Origin: Blepharisma stoltei ATCC 30299
Taxonomy: Eukaryota > Protista > Ciliophora
Length of the DNA stretch: 64,000 nucleotides
Reading direction: 5' to 3'
NCBI GenBank assembly: GCA_965603825.1
Contig: CBFDEM010000040.1
Location: 558,001-622,000, forward strand
Shown: positions 12,350-23,802 of the stretch, in pieces
How the letters are laid out: every line of letters starts with the position of its first letter
Numbering within the stretch: the first letter of the stretch is position 1
Position numbers and translations under genes: made by a program
Notes under the pieces: model-generated
Databases searched by the model: none
Told to the model about the DNA's origin: nothing
What the model saw: only the letters and a program-made list of their open reading frames with translations

Positions 12350-13699
12350 TTAAGCTTTAAGTACATTAAGGAACACACAAATACAAGTGATATCGTCAAT
12401 CACCTCTTCTTCTTTGCACCATCTGTTGTGAGCTTCTTTTGCCAAAGCTTTGCAAGCACCATCGGAGTCTTGAAGTCTCCAGTGCGGGACTACGATTTTT
12501 ACAATGTCTTCGTTGGGGATGAATTCAAAAATGCCGTCACTTCCTAAACAGATAAACTTATCTTCTGGGGTCATGTTAAATTCCAAGATTTCAGGGTCAC
12601 ATATAACTCCTACAGATGAGGCAACACCGTCACCAAGCGAACGAGACATTGCTAAGCCTGGCAGATCTTGGTGTTTAAGCCAAACTCTAGCAGGCCCAAG
12701 AGGGTTCCCATGTTCGTCTTGGTAAGATTCAATCCTGCCACCACAGTGTAAAATTCTAGCAGACTCGTCTTTTTCATCTGGCTTGTGATCCCGCGACAAA
12801 ACAATTGACATCCAATGTCTACCTGAAGCTGTCGTATTTGACGTATCATTGACTTGTCTAGCTATTAAAGCTCTCGAATCTCCTACATTTGCACAAAAAA
12901 GTGTTGTGCCTTTAATAAGGACCATTATCAGCGTCGTGCCACTGAAATTGATATCAATTTCCAGGTCTTGCAAATCCGAGTTGCATCTTAAAATGCTTGC
13001 TATTATTGCTTTTTTTGGAGACGTATACAGGTTTGGATCATTTGCCAGAAGCTCAGGCAGTCTCTTTTTCACAAACCCTGAAACCTCTCCACCATAAAAT
13101 CCATGCCCATCACAGACTCCAAATAAATGCATATCAGAGCGGTTTGCAAAATTCGTGAACTCAAAGTGGTTATCTTGGTTTGTTTTCCCTGGGTTTTCAG
13201 GGATATAGCCTTTATTTGTAGAGAATGAAACTTGTGAAATTAAAGGGATATTTGTATTGGTTTCAAGAGAAAATTTTCTTCGGTGGGTTTTTTCTGGCTC
13301 AAGCTTCCTTAGAGTGTTCAGACTTGAAGGCCTTTCTGCAAGTGAAGAGGTTCGGCTGTGCCGTGCAGATTTCGCCTTTTTTTTGTCGCTGCCTTTTGGG
13401 GTGGAAGTTTTCGGTGGATTGTGATTGTGAGTAAAATTGTCAGTTGCAGTTTTTGAAGGATTTTTTAAGAAATCGTCTTTTAAGAGCTGAGCGATTCGGT
13501 CTGTAATTGCGTCGAGTGATGAAGGAGCTGAGGAATGAGAGTATGAAGGTCTATGCCGAGGTCCGAGTGTATTTTTGTTGGAAGAACTGTAAGGATTTTT
13601 GGATGGGGTATTTTCTTTTTTTGATGAGCTTTGAATTCGTGATCCTGGGGTTATAGGTCTAGCATTTGATTTGCGAGGAATAAGATTCTTACTTGCCAT
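12350..13699 (-). CDS. PP2C-family Ser/Thr phosphatase with a disordered N-terminus
   Basis: NQD, GVCDGHG, ANVGDSR, SRDHKP, LAMSRSLGD, GSDGIFE and DDIT motifs. Confidence 0.93.
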   Translation of the reverse strand: MASKNLIPRKSNARPITPGSRIQSSSKKENTPSKNPYSSSNKNTLGPRHRPSYSHSSAPSSLDAITDRIAQLLKDDFLKNPSKTATDNFTHNHNPPKTSTPKGSDKKKAKSARHSRTSSLAERPSSLNTLRKLEPEKTHRRKFSLETNTNIPLISQVSFSTNKGYIPENPGKTNQDNHFEFTNFANRSDMHLFGVCDGHGFYGGEVSGFVKKRLPELLANDPNLYTSPKKAIIASILRCNSDLQDLEIDINFSGTTLIMVLIKGTTLFCANVGDSRALIARQVNDTSNTTASGRHWMSIVLSRDHKPDEKDESARILHCGGRIESYQDEHGNPLGPARVWLKHQDLPGLAMSRSLGDGVASSVGVICDPEILEFNMTPEDKFICLGSDGIFEFIPNEDIVKIVVPHWRLQDSDGACKALAKEAHNRWCKEEEVIDDITCICVFLNVLKA

Positions 13700-14071
13700 T
13701 ATAAGAAATAATTACTGTTAATAATTAAATCTGAATGGTTAAATCAGATTTGAATTTTTTTACCCATTTATGCCTAAAAGTCTTCACAAGATAGATCATC
13801 TCAGAATCTGCAAATTAAGGGTTTTTCTTTTTTTTTCGGCTTGAATGTCGGTATATTTGAATTTAAATATTCTAATTTAAATATAGCCTATATAAATTAA
13901 TCATTAAATAATACTCTGGACGCTGAGACGTTTAAAACTCCATTTTTAGCTTTGAAAGTCCCATAAAATCCAATCTCAATCTAAAAATAAGAAAAAATTG
14001 GCCAAGACCTAAAAGAATGCTTATTCATGCCATATTAATAAAAAATCTATGCAGACTCAAAAAGTTAATTT

Positions 14072-15547
14072 CTAACTATCCTCTTCTTCTTTAACATTGA
14101 TATTTGGCCTGAACACATTAAAAGAGTTCGCAGCAGTTGACAAGATCATCTGGTAATCAGGATGATACATCACTTCTTTGACATCTTCCTGTCCCTGATG
14201 AATAAACAATAATTGAGGAGGGTACCCAGGCTCAATTTCCCCTTCAGCTTCAACTGACAAGTCCCACACCGTAATTCTATCATCAGCTGAGGCTACTACA
14301 AGCTCACAACTATCCATCGGATTCCAGCATATTGACGTGATCGAATCAGAATGCCATTTAATTGATGCAGCCTGCTGCTGAGAAAACCTCAGATCCCACA
14401 CCTTAAAAGAGCAGTCATCTGAGCCTGATGCGATTTGGCTTGCTTCTTGAGTGTTCCAGGATATTACATTTACATCAGATTCATGTGCATTAGGCATTGT
14501 TATTTGTGCATCAGCTGTGGCTACCCTTGTGTCCCAAATTTTAATGGATTTATCACATGAGCAGCTTGCGAAGACTGTTTGCTCTGTAGGACTTCTTTGT
14601 ATATCCTCAACAGCATCTTTATGCCCATTGTATGTTTTGGAGTGGCTCCATTGTGATCCGTTGTACTCAAACATGTGTATTCCTTCACCACCTGCATATA
14701 ATGTTCCATTATATCCCCAACAAAGGCCATATCCTTCATTGTGGACGTTAAAGGTATTAACTACGACAGCTCGGGATTTTACAACCCCATTTGCAGACTC
14801 CAGCTTTTTTAAAGGTGAACTGAGGTCAAAAATATTGACAACTCCTTTTTCGCTCCATGTGGCCACTGCGTTAAAGTCTTGATTTGCTCTTATTCTGTTG
14901 ACGACTCCATGATGGGAAAATTCCACATAATCCATTTTTGCTTCGTCGCCTTCTTCAGCTTCTTCTTCAGAGCTGTCTTCTTCAGAGGCAGACTTATCGT
15001 CATACTGAGTTTTATAAAGCTCTGACCATTTCATGACGTAAACTTTGTTTTGGCCTTCAGGGGCTTGCGTCCCACTTACCAGATAAATTGTGTACGGAAA
15101 CCCAGTGCACATTTCTGGGCCTTTTATATTGTCTAATGACAGACAAGACCACTCCACTGAAGTTCGATAAAACAGCTCATAAGCTTCATTCTCGAAATCC
15201 AAAATTTCGCCTTGTTTAATTTGGCGTGGATCTCCGGTCCATATTTCTTTTTCCTCTTCTGGCTCAATTTTTTCCTCTTCCATCGCATTATAGCTAGGAT
15301 CATTGACAAGGCTAATTTCTCCATCTTTTGTCTCTTCCAGTCGTAAATTCTTGAAATCTTCCCATTCTTCAGCCTCGCCCACACTGCTGCCACTATGATA
15401 GACAGCTTCACTTTCGCTGTCATATTCATCCTCCCCGTGGTCTTCGTACTCTAATTCTCTGATATCTTCAGGCTCCTTCACGACATTGCTGTGTAGCTTT
15501 TTGTTAGGCTTTTCAGACTTTTTCTGAACTCTTGGCCTTTTTCTCAT
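14072..15547 (-). CDS. RRB1: WD40 ribosome assembly protein RRB1/GRWD1
   Basis: Acidic N-terminus, EWSCLSLD, YLVSGTQA, VNRIRA, WD repeats, PPQLLFIHQGQEDVKE. Confidence 0.9.
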   Translation of the reverse strand: MRKRPRVQKKSEKPNKKLHSNVVKEPEDIRELEYEDHGEDEYDSESEAVYHSGSSVGEAEEWEDFKNLRLEETKDGEISLVNDPSYNAMEEEKIEPEEEKEIWTGDPRQIKQGEILDFENEAYELFYRTSVEWSCLSLDNIKGPEMCTGFPYTIYLVSGTQAPEGQNKVYVMKWSELYKTQYDDKSASEEDSSEEEAEEGDEAKMDYVEFSHHGVVNRIRANQDFNAVATWSEKGVVNIFDLSSPLKKLESANGVVKSRAVVVNTFNVHNEGYGLCWGYNGTLYAGGEGIHMFEYNGSQWSHSKTYNGHKDAVEDIQRSPTEQTVFASCSCDKSIKIWDTRVATADAQITMPNAHESDVNVISWNTQEASQIASGSDDCSFKVWDLRFSQQQAASIKWHSDSITSICWNPMDSCELVVASADDRITVWDLSVEAEGEIEPGYPPQLLFIHQGQEDVKEVMYHPDYQMILSTAANSFNVFRPNINVKEEEDS

Positions 15548-15595
15548 TTTGTGTTATTAATTATGGGTCACAGATTAATTATGTATGCTAAAAGG

Positions 15596-16255
15596 TTAAA
15601 ATATATCTGCGTACTCGTCAAGTTTCTCGTCATATCCTTCTTCTTCATCACCGAAGAGATTCCCTTTTTTGTCGATTCCTTTAATTACAGGCTGCTTCTT
15701 TGTGGCTTTTTTCTTGGTTGGGCCTTTTTCTTGCTTCACTTTGTCAGCGTGAGCAATGTTGGTTTGAGACACAATTTCGCTTAATTGAGTGGAATCGAGC
15801 AGGGTGGACATATCTTTTAGTAATTCTTTAAAGAATATTGGGATTCTGTAGTGGGCATTGCCATGTGTTAGTTTTCGTGAAACTTCTCCTGCAAAGTCCA
15901 GGTAGTTTTGCTCACTGATCAGCTCTTCTACTTTGGTGACTTGGAAAAGCTCGTCAGTCAATTCGTGGTCTGCTTTTTCTTCTTTCTGCTTTTGGGCTCT
16001 TTTTTCGTCAAAATCTGGAGTTTTTCCTTGGGTTTCACGTTTTTTCTCCTGGTTCTTTTTTTCAAACTCTTCACCAATCTTCTTTTTGTTCTTCTTGACG
16101 GCTTTGGGGGCAGATTGCTCCTGAGCTGTAGGTGCTGGAGGTTCTGACACGACTGGAGCGGTAAACTCATCAGAAAACTTGTTTTGGGAATCTAAAATCT
16201 TCTGGATTTCGTCCTCATCCTTTTCTGCAAGCCCTTCCCAGTCTTCTTCAGACAT
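15596..16255 (-). CDS. EIF3J: Translation initiation factor eIF3 subunit J
   Basis: MSEEDWE start, EEKADHELTDELF, KEKGPTKKK and an acidic YADIF C-terminus. Confidence 0.7.
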   Translation of the reverse strand: MSEEDWEGLAEKDEDEIQKILDSQNKFSDEFTAPVVSEPPAPTAQEQSAPKAVKKNKKKIGEEFEKKNQEKKRETQGKTPDFDEKRAQKQKEEKADHELTDELFQVTKVEELISEQNYLDFAGEVSRKLTHGNAHYRIPIFFKELLKDMSTLLDSTQLSEIVSQTNIAHADKVKQEKGPTKKKATKKQPVIKGIDKKGNLFGDEEEGYDEKLDEYADIF

Positions 16256-16662
16256 TTTATATTGCAAAGTATTTTAAAAAGTTAAGAATCTTAGCTTATA
16301 ATTTAATTTGGAAAATAATGGATTTTTCTGAAGAGATAATATAATATAATAATTTTTATAGCAAAGCAAATCTATTAGAATTTATCCCTATCACCTATTT
16401 TAAATATTATTTCCTTTCCACACACGAAATCTCTATCATAAGTATATCTACATCTTAGATTTTAGTTAAACTCTTTGAATCCGAGAAGCTAATTTATATG
16501 CAAAATTCTATACCATTTGATTTACTAGTATTAGAATATCTTATAAGTCAATAAATCTTGCTTATAACAATGGCTGGTGAATTAATTTTCTCATAAGTCT
16601 GATAATTATTAAAATATGTTTCACAACACTTCCGTTATAATCCATAATTATAATACCGTAGC

Positions 16663-17145
16663 ATGAAGCTTAATCCTCTTTCTTGCCATAACAGAAAAGA
16701 GCACTCGAAGTCCTTTTTTGAATGCAAAATCATAGAGAAAAAATCAATGCTCATTAGCGAATCACACAGATTAATACATCAATCTAAAAAACTCAGGAAA
16801 ACGTCTTCAACAGAAAACAAGCCATACAGGCATTGGCAAAACTATGAGCCAACAATTACAAATAATTCTTTCAGTATGTGCAAGCTGAATAAAATTAAAT
16901 GAAGATCTCCTTTGTTAGAGAATCCAACAGTTCCAAAAACACCATCACTTCTGCCGGCAGCCAGAGATTTCAGAATGGCAGGAAACAGAGTAAAACCATT
17001 TGTATCTTCATATGCTGATTATGTCAAAAGAGAAATCGAAAAAGAAAAAATCCACCGAAAATACTTTAGATCATTGCTTTCTGCAATTAATAACAGAGAA
17101 TCTCAAACTGATGAGTACAAAGGAAGATTAACTCCCGTATTCTAA
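16663..17145 (+). CDS. Hypothetical basic protein (160 aa)
   Basis: Two listed ORFs in frame, joined by TGA 16900-16902; stop TAA. Confidence 0.55.
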
Positions 17146-17233
17146 CAAAGAATAATTAATCATGTTTTATTTTAAAATTATGCGAAATCTTTTTATTATA
17201 TTTTTAAAATAGGTTTAAGAGATTATTATTTAT

Positions 17234-18370
17234 TTAAGCAGAACAAGTTTTTAGCAATCCTACTGCACCTTGTATAGTAGTGATCACATATTCCATTTCT
17301 TGGCTTTTGAAATAGGGATGCAAGAAGTTTTCAGCAATTTTCATCATCGTTGGCAGATTGGGAGAGCTTGCTTTAGAAATAAGCAGCATTGATATCTCCA
17401 GAAACTTATCCGTTTCCAATAAAATATTTTTATCGGGGTTATGATTATCAATAGAGCTCTTAATGTTATTTGAGTATTGGCTTACTTTATCAAGTATATC
17501 TGTTAATGTCGTACTGTAAGATATATCGACTAAATTTTTAATTGCATCAAAATACCCTTCTCCATTATTAATTCTTAGTGATTCATCTAAGCTGAGTGAG
17601 TGCAAATCGCTCCCTTTCAGCCTTCGCAGATGTTCACTATACTCATCTTGGTCTGATTTCAAGGCCACAAAATATGTTTTAACTAAAAGTTCCAAAATTT
17701 CTCCAGACAGGACTGCATGAGTCGCAATTAGCTCTTGAGCTTCTGGTTTAATATGTTGGTCTAAGTTCAGATAAAACTTATTTAAAGAATCTGTAAGTAT
17801 TGATATAAAGCCTTTTATATAATTTGTCAAAAGTTCTGCATGATATGCAGAGTTTTGAATGACTTCTTCTTTTAGCTCAATCCTTGTCTTAGAAGGATGG
17901 TAATTTGTAAACTCCATTTTCAGCGCTGCCCCGAATCTCTGAATCAACTGATACAATGCATTACTTTTATCCTTTGCCAGCTGATCATAAACTAAAGTCA
18001 TATAAGGATCATTTTCAAGCAAAATTGTAAAAGTCCTGCATTGCCCTATATAATTTCTCAATTGCGTTCTCGTAATTTGCTTCTTTGGCTTAGGCTGTGT
18101 GCTCCTCATATAAAATAGCCAAGCCAGCGCTATTTTACTCCTGACATCCTGGTGGGCATTCCAAGTGTTCACAAACCTCGTCAATTCTTCTGTCCAAATA
18201 TATTTATTATATTTTGCTAGCCTGTCACGGACATAAGGAATCCACTCACAAGACATCTCAGAAAAGCCTTCAATTTTTGAAAAGAACTCCATTTGCTTCT
18301 GCTTTTTTGTTTGAAAAAGAAGATCTATGTCAGAGTAACTGCACGGGATCTTTGACTGCTTCTTGCCCAT
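17234..18370 (-). CDS. VPS9-domain-like protein with a putative N-myristoylation site
   Basis: MGKKQSK start. The C-terminal pattern DAIKNL..LETDKFLEISMLLISKA.PNL..EMEYVITTIQGAV resembles VPS9 helices. Confidence 0.6.
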   Translation of the reverse strand: MGKKQSKIPCSYSDIDLLFQTKKQKQMEFFSKIEGFSEMSCEWIPYVRDRLAKYNKYIWTEELTRFVNTWNAHQDVRSKIALAWLFYMRSTQPKPKKQITRTQLRNYIGQCRTFTILLENDPYMTLVYDQLAKDKSNALYQLIQRFGAALKMEFTNYHPSKTRIELKEEVIQNSAYHAELLTNYIKGFISILTDSLNKFYLNLDQHIKPEAQELIATHAVLSGEILELLVKTYFVALKSDQDEYSEHLRRLKGSDLHSLSLDESLRINNGEGYFDAIKNLVDISYSTTLTDILDKVSQYSNNIKSSIDNHNPDKNILLETDKFLEISMLLISKASSPNLPTMMKIAENFLHPYFKSQEMEYVITTIQGAVGLLKTCSA

Positions 18371-18406
18371 TATAATTATTTTTCAACTTTTATTTGGAAA
18401 GGTTTA

Positions 18407-18889
18407 TTAGCTTATTAAGGTTCCATAAGACACTTCTATAGGATCTCTGATCGGAATCATTGAAATCCAGTCTTCAGCGTTAACAGGAATAAGCCCCATA
18501 ATAGAAAATTTGTAAATCCCTGCAAGCATTGTGATCATGTTTAAAGTCAGATATTTGAGCTTTGGGAAGAATAGAGAGACTCCTTCTTCTTCGTATGGGG
18601 CAAAGGCTTCTTTGAAGGAGAAAAGGGTTTTTATTGGAGTGAACATAGCCATGCAGGTGATAATGATTGGGATGATGTTGAGAGCTGACCCACTCATGTA
18701 AAGCATTAAAAATGTGGAAAACATCCCCATAAAAGGCTTGTTCGCCATTTCTGCAGCTTTTTGTTGTTTTAAGGCTTTGATGTCTTTTTGCCTTCTTCTT
18801 GATGAGTCGTCAGCTTCGTGAATCTGTGTTCTATATCCATATGGCTCTGCTATTTGTTCTTTTGATCGATCAAGATTGAGCTGCCACAT
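18407..18889 (-). CDS. EMC4: ER membrane protein complex subunit 4
   Basis: PYGY, FLMLYMSGSALNIIPI and GIYKFSIMGLIP...DW motifs. Confidence 0.9.
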   Translation of the reverse strand: MWQLNLDRSKEQIAEPYGYRTQIHEADDSSRRRQKDIKALKQQKAAEMANKPFMGMFSTFLMLYMSGSALNIIPIIITCMAMFTPIKTLFSFKEAFAPYEEEGVSLFFPKLKYLTLNMITMLAGIYKFSIMGLIPVNAEDWISMIPIRDPIEVSYGTLIS

Positions 18890-18947
18890 TTTAATAAAAT
18901 ATAAAATATAGCTTGGTTTATTTTCAAAATATTTAATTAATTAAGCA

Positions 18948-20717
18948 CTAAAGTCTGAATTTTCTTGAGAGATTGAGCAAAGCTAAAAATGCGAGAAAAT
19001 TAATCGCGACTACAAGGCATGCGAGAATTACTATGTTGATTCCCAGTGAAATTATTATTGAAAAATAGTCGATTGGATCACATAATACAGCCTGGCCGCA
19101 TTTGGCTTGATCTCAGGTGTTAAATTCATTTTCAAGAGCTGCACTCCATGAGTATTTGAACATCGACATGTACTCCAGCCATATCAAGTAAACTGGAATA
19201 TTATCATAATTAATAAAAAAACCTGCAAAAAGCAGCTGAATAATCATTAAAAATGGAGCTGCGGCAGAGGCTGCCTGCAAATCAGGTATTGAAATAACTA
19301 AAAATGTCCCCCATCCTCTTGCACATAATTCGACTAAAATCACAATTCCAACGAATATAAAAATTTGTTCCGGATTAGCTAAGCTTAAACCAACTCCTAA
19401 ATAAATACAAAAAATGACTATAACTCTGATCGTTAAATCAAATGGTGCTTCAAAAAATAATTTACTAAAAAAATACGAAACTGGCTTATATGTTTTGCTT
19501 GCTTGCTCTCTGATAAACATAGCTTTTTCGTCAGCATATGCTCCTGAAGCATTTACAGCCATAAATGACAAAAACACTAAAATAAAAAAAATGACGCCAG
19601 CTCGATTCATAACTGAGGTTGCATTAGTTCCACTGCAAATATCAAAAAAGGCCATCAAAGTTAAAAGAATAAAAACAGTATTTCCAATGATCTTAAACAG
19701 TAAAATCATCCTATTCCTGACAAAATTCTTTATAATTCTCTGTCCAAGCATTCAGAGCTCTTCTCAAACTGTTGACTCTTTGGCTTTAAAAATGTGGGAA
19801 ATTTCTTTTTCTTCAAGCTCTGTGACCTCAGAATTAAAACTTTTCCTGAAAGCTTCCATCCTTTCGTTAAAAGTGTCATCTATTGGACTTAAAAGGGCAA
19901 GAAGATGCTCTGCAGGATTGCTGAACTTCGGACAAGGATAGCCTAAATTATTGAAATGAAGAATTGCTTGTTGAGCATCTCCATGAAAAGCTGTATTTCC
20001 ACCTCCTAAGAGCAGCACATTTTCAAAATTAGCATATATAAAAGAATTCGGCTGATGGATTGTACATATTACAGTAATCCCAGTTTTTGATAAATTTCTC
20101 ATGTTTTTCACAAGGTTTTCAGAGTTATAAGAATCAAGGCCAGTGGTTGGCTCATCTAAAAATAAAATAGCTGGGTCAATCAGCATTTCTATTCCTATTG
20201 ACACCCTTTTTTTCTCACCACCAGAAATGCCTTTTTTTAGAACCCCTCCAACCCTGCTGTGTTTACAATTGTGTAACTCAAGACTATTAATCACTTTATC
20301 AACTTTTTCTTTCCAAGTCTCTTTAGGGAGCCGTAGTTTTGCAGTGAACGTGAGGACTTCTTCTACAGTCATTGTTTCCATAATTACGTCGTCTTGCATT
20401 ACATAGCCTGCAATCGAATTAAAATCTATATCACTACGAGAATGACCGTTAATATAGACTTCGCCACTGACTTTTAAGCCTTTTAAGTAGTAAATTCTAT
20501 TTGCTAAAAAATTCAGTAGTGTTGTTTTTCCACTTCCCGATGGGCCAAGGATTGCGGTAAATGTGCCGGCAGAAATAATGCCATTTGCGTTTCTGATAAT
20601 GGTTTTATCATCGATTGGGAGTCCGCTCATCTTCCTTTTCTTCTTTTCTGTCTTCGTTAGAGGTCCTTTGACCTCAAAATTTTTTCATGCGATTTCCACA
20701 CCTGTATGATTTGACAT
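18948..20717 (-). CDS. ABCG (White-type) half transporter (589 aa)
   Basis: ATG 20717 to TAG 18948 with TGA=Trp. GPSGSGKTT, ISGGEKKR, LDEPTTGLD and TIHQP motifs, then an ABC2 membrane domain. Confidence 0.92.
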
Positions 20718-21075
20718 TTTTATACCAATAATTCTCCGAAAAAGGTGCTCAGAATAATAGTCAATATTTTATTTCTAATGAGATAGTTTAAATGTCAACC
20801 ATTAAGTCTACTTGATTTATTTGTTAAATTCTAAGAGTTTATCTTATTCGTGAGATAATCTTGGATCATTGTTCACGGGTTAATTATCTCTAAAAGATTT
20901 GATTAGAAATTTGAGGAACAGTTGAACTGCGATTTAAGATAATGATAAAAGTAATATATGTGAAATTCTAAATTAGAGGATTTTAAATCGTTTACCCTTT
21001 ATAGCATTTTACACCAATTCTAAAATTGTAATATAACTTATCATATTAATTTCGTTTAAATTCTTATTTAAGGGC

Positions 21076-21442
21076 TTATTTCTTAGCTTTCCTTATAGAA
21101 TTTTCAGCATTTTGTGCTGCTCCAATGCATGTACCACTAGTGACATAATTCACTAACTTGCTAGTTGTTCTTCCACTTGCTTGAGTGTGAACTTCACCGA
21201 CACTAATTTTGCCTTGGACAGGAATTTGGTGATCAACACGCCAATTTTTCGACATGTTCTTAGCGTCAGTCACTACTACACCTGAGGAGGGACCCGAATG
21301 GATGAGGTAGCTATTACCTCTATCAGTTGTAACCTTAACTCCATGATGGCCAACAGGTGGCACTTCTCACTGTTTCGCCTCTATAACCCGAATTTGAGCT
21401 ATTCTTTGGCTTTGAAAACAAATTTGATAACGCACCAAGCAT
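21076..21442 (-). pseudogene. Small frameshifted gene (HHGVKVTT...YLIH...HMS-like...SGTC family)
   Basis: The ATG 21442 frame (MLGALSNLF...YRGETVRS) is out of frame with the PPVGHHG... ORF (367 nt in total), and no canonical 16-nt GTA..AG intron repairs it. Confidence 0.5.
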
Positions 21443-21849
21443 TTATTATATAAATGTAACCCTATTTGAATTATAGAATCATACCAGCTTTAATATTTAT
21501 GCAAAATATGGCGTTTCCTCAGAATTAATTTGCTTTTTTTGCTTTGCTAATCTTAATCCTAGATATATTTTTTTAGTATTGATAAAATTGACCTAAATTT
21601 TATTTTAAACTTTGTCTTCAATTACTATTTATAGCTAGTCACTAAATTTTTTTAAATTGATTCTAATTATTAAGCATTAGATGTAATTCGTTGCACTAGT
21701 ATAATAACATTGTTTAAGTATTAAAAAATTGAAATTCTGACTAAAATAATTTTGAGTTATATCACTATGTTGCTTTGGAGGAAATTAATGCATTTTCCTT
21801 GAAAAAATTATTAGCTATTACTTTAATTATGTGTCTAGTTTATCCACTT

Positions 21850-22060
21850 TTAAGATTTCCTTGCAGTTGATCTAAGAGCCCTACTGGTTTGTGCTTTATT
21901 AACTTCCTCTTTATTTTGTTTTTTAGGCTGAGTTTTTTTATTTTCTTCTTTGCTATTTGGTTTTTTTCTTGAGTTATTGTTTTTGATATCATTTTGCTTT
22001 GTTTTCCCATTTGTTTGTATTTTTTTAGGTGAAATTTTCTCTTCTATCTCTTCTTCTTCC

Positions 22061-22095
<35 letters not shown>

Positions 22096-22512
22096 CTCTT
22101 CTTCTTCTTCTTCATTTTCTTCTTCATCTTCATAAAATTTATCTCTTGTTATTTCCCATTGCTCCTCTTCACTTGTATCTAGCTCTATCTGGCTTTTTTG
22201 AGCAGGCGTCAATTCAACTTCATCATTCTGCTCAAAATATCCTAGAATTGACACTTCCCCATTCCCTTCCAATGAAAACACAGTCTCATTTTCTCCCCCA
22301 AAATATAAATCAACCGTAAAGTTCTCCACTCTTCTTTTTTCCAAACTTGCTAAAGGATGCTTTTCTTTATTGATTTCCACATAAACAATATTTAATCCAT
22401 CAGGACCATTTGGATGCAAAGCTAAATGAGAAAGATGAAAAAGCTCCCCATTTCTCCTATGCTCTGTAAGGCTGCAGTTTTTGTCTTGTTTAACAGAAGC
22501 TGCACAAAACAT
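21850..22512 (-). CDS. Nucleoplasmin-like (NPL) domain acidic histone chaperone (HD2/FKBP-NPL type)
   Basis: LFHLSHLAL..HPLASL..VDLYF..FSLEGNGEVSILGYF, then a poly-Glu tract and a basic tail. Confidence 0.8.
22050..22131 (-). repeat. GAA/GAG trinucleotide run encoding poly-Glu
   Basis: (tct/tcc)n on the + strand. Confidence 0.9.
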
Positions 22513-22534
22513 TTATTTTAACCATTAAGAAAAT

Positions 22535-23254
22535 ATGAATCGCAAAGATTGTTCGGGTGTTCGAAGACTTGAAGGCGAAGACTTAGACTATGGAGACCGT
22601 CTTTATAAACAAAGACTTCAGCAGAAAATCTGGCTTGAGCAACAAATGCAAGAAAAAGAAGCCCAGAAGAGGCTTAAGGACGAAGAAGAAAAAAGATGGG
22701 CTGAATATACAAGGCAGACAAACACCATGTGGAAACAAAATGAAGACGAGTACAGCGAAAGAAACAGAATTATGAACGACGCTGTCAGAGAAGCGAACTC
22801 GCAGCTGACAAGGGAAAAAATAGCTAGAGAAGCTCTAGAAAAAGAAGAAGAAAACCGCCAGGCTGAGCATCATATTCAAAATACGATTTATTCGAATTTC
22901 ATGACTGAAGACCCAACAACCACCCAAAGCATGCTGGCTGCTCATAGAGTCGTTCCTTATCATTATAAGGGCATGAATGAAGACCAGAGGAGACAGATCC
23001 TTGAGGAGCAAAAAAGGCAAGTCGAAGAAAAAGAACAAAGGAAAAAAGAAGAAAAAGAAAAAGAAAGAAGGGAAGCTAGAATGAGTGAAGCACAGAGGAG
23101 AGCACTGATTTTATATGAAAGAGAAATGAAAGAAAAACAGGAAAGAGTCAATAAGGAAACAAGTGACTATTTGAAAACCCAAATGATTGAGCATAAAGTG
23201 AAGTACGATGACCCTTATAATGTGAAAGGAGATGATTATCTTATTCCTTTATAA
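22535..23254 (+). CDS. RIB43A: RIB43A-like ciliary microtubule inner protein
   Basis: EGEDLDY.DR..QRLQQKIWLEQQ and FMTEDP..AHRVVPYHYKGM motifs in a coiled coil. Confidence 0.82.
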   Translation: MNRKDCSGVRRLEGEDLDYGDRLYKQRLQQKIWLEQQMQEKEAQKRLKDEEEKRWAEYTRQTNTMWKQNEDEYSERNRIMNDAVREANSQLTREKIAREALEKEEENRQAEHHIQNTIYSNFMTEDPTTTQSMLAAHRVVPYHYKGMNEDQRRQILEEQKRQVEEKEQRKKEEKEKERREARMSEAQRRALILYEREMKEKQERVNKETSDYLKTQMIEHKVKYDDPYNVKGDDYLIPL

Positions 23255-23292
23255 AAGTAACATTTATAAATCAAAGAGTTTTAATTAGAAAG

Positions 23293-23802
23293 TTAGTAAA
23301 TGGTTGCACGCATAATCTTTTTGGTATCGATACTTAGGCTATTTTTGGGGAAAAAAGACTCTTTGGAGGTTTTTGGCTTGGGCATACTAAGTCTTTTTGA
23401 CATTTCTCCTTGATAAGATGCTTCTTTATTTTTATTTCTCAGTCAGCTGTTTTGAGATTTAATAAAAATATTTTTTTGCTCATAATGAGTTTTTGGATAA
23501 TAAGACCTGAGAGAATTATAGAAGCTGTGCTTGAAATAGGAAGAAAACAACCCCCCGTGATTGCATCCAACGTATGTATCTCGTCCTGTCCCATCATGCC
23601 TATATTTAAAAGGTTTTGCATCTAGTCTAGGACTAGCAGGAGAAAATTCTCTTTTAACTGTCCTTTGCTCTTCATAAAGACGATTCGGGCTTCATCCTTT
23701 GAATACTCCACCATTGTTTGTTTGAATATATGAATCTCTTCCTCTTCCATCAGGTGAATAATGTGATGTTCGAAACGGCTGAGTTCGATAGAGTGTGCTC
23801 AT
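23293..23802 (-). CDS. 169-aa protein with two YxxDG[RT]GRD[ST]Y[IV]xxNxGG repeats (absent from the ORF track)
   Basis: Hand translation from ATG 23802 to TAA 23293 with two TGA=Trp: YSPDGRGRDSYIQTNNGG and YRHDGTGRDTYVGCNHGG. Confidence 0.8.
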
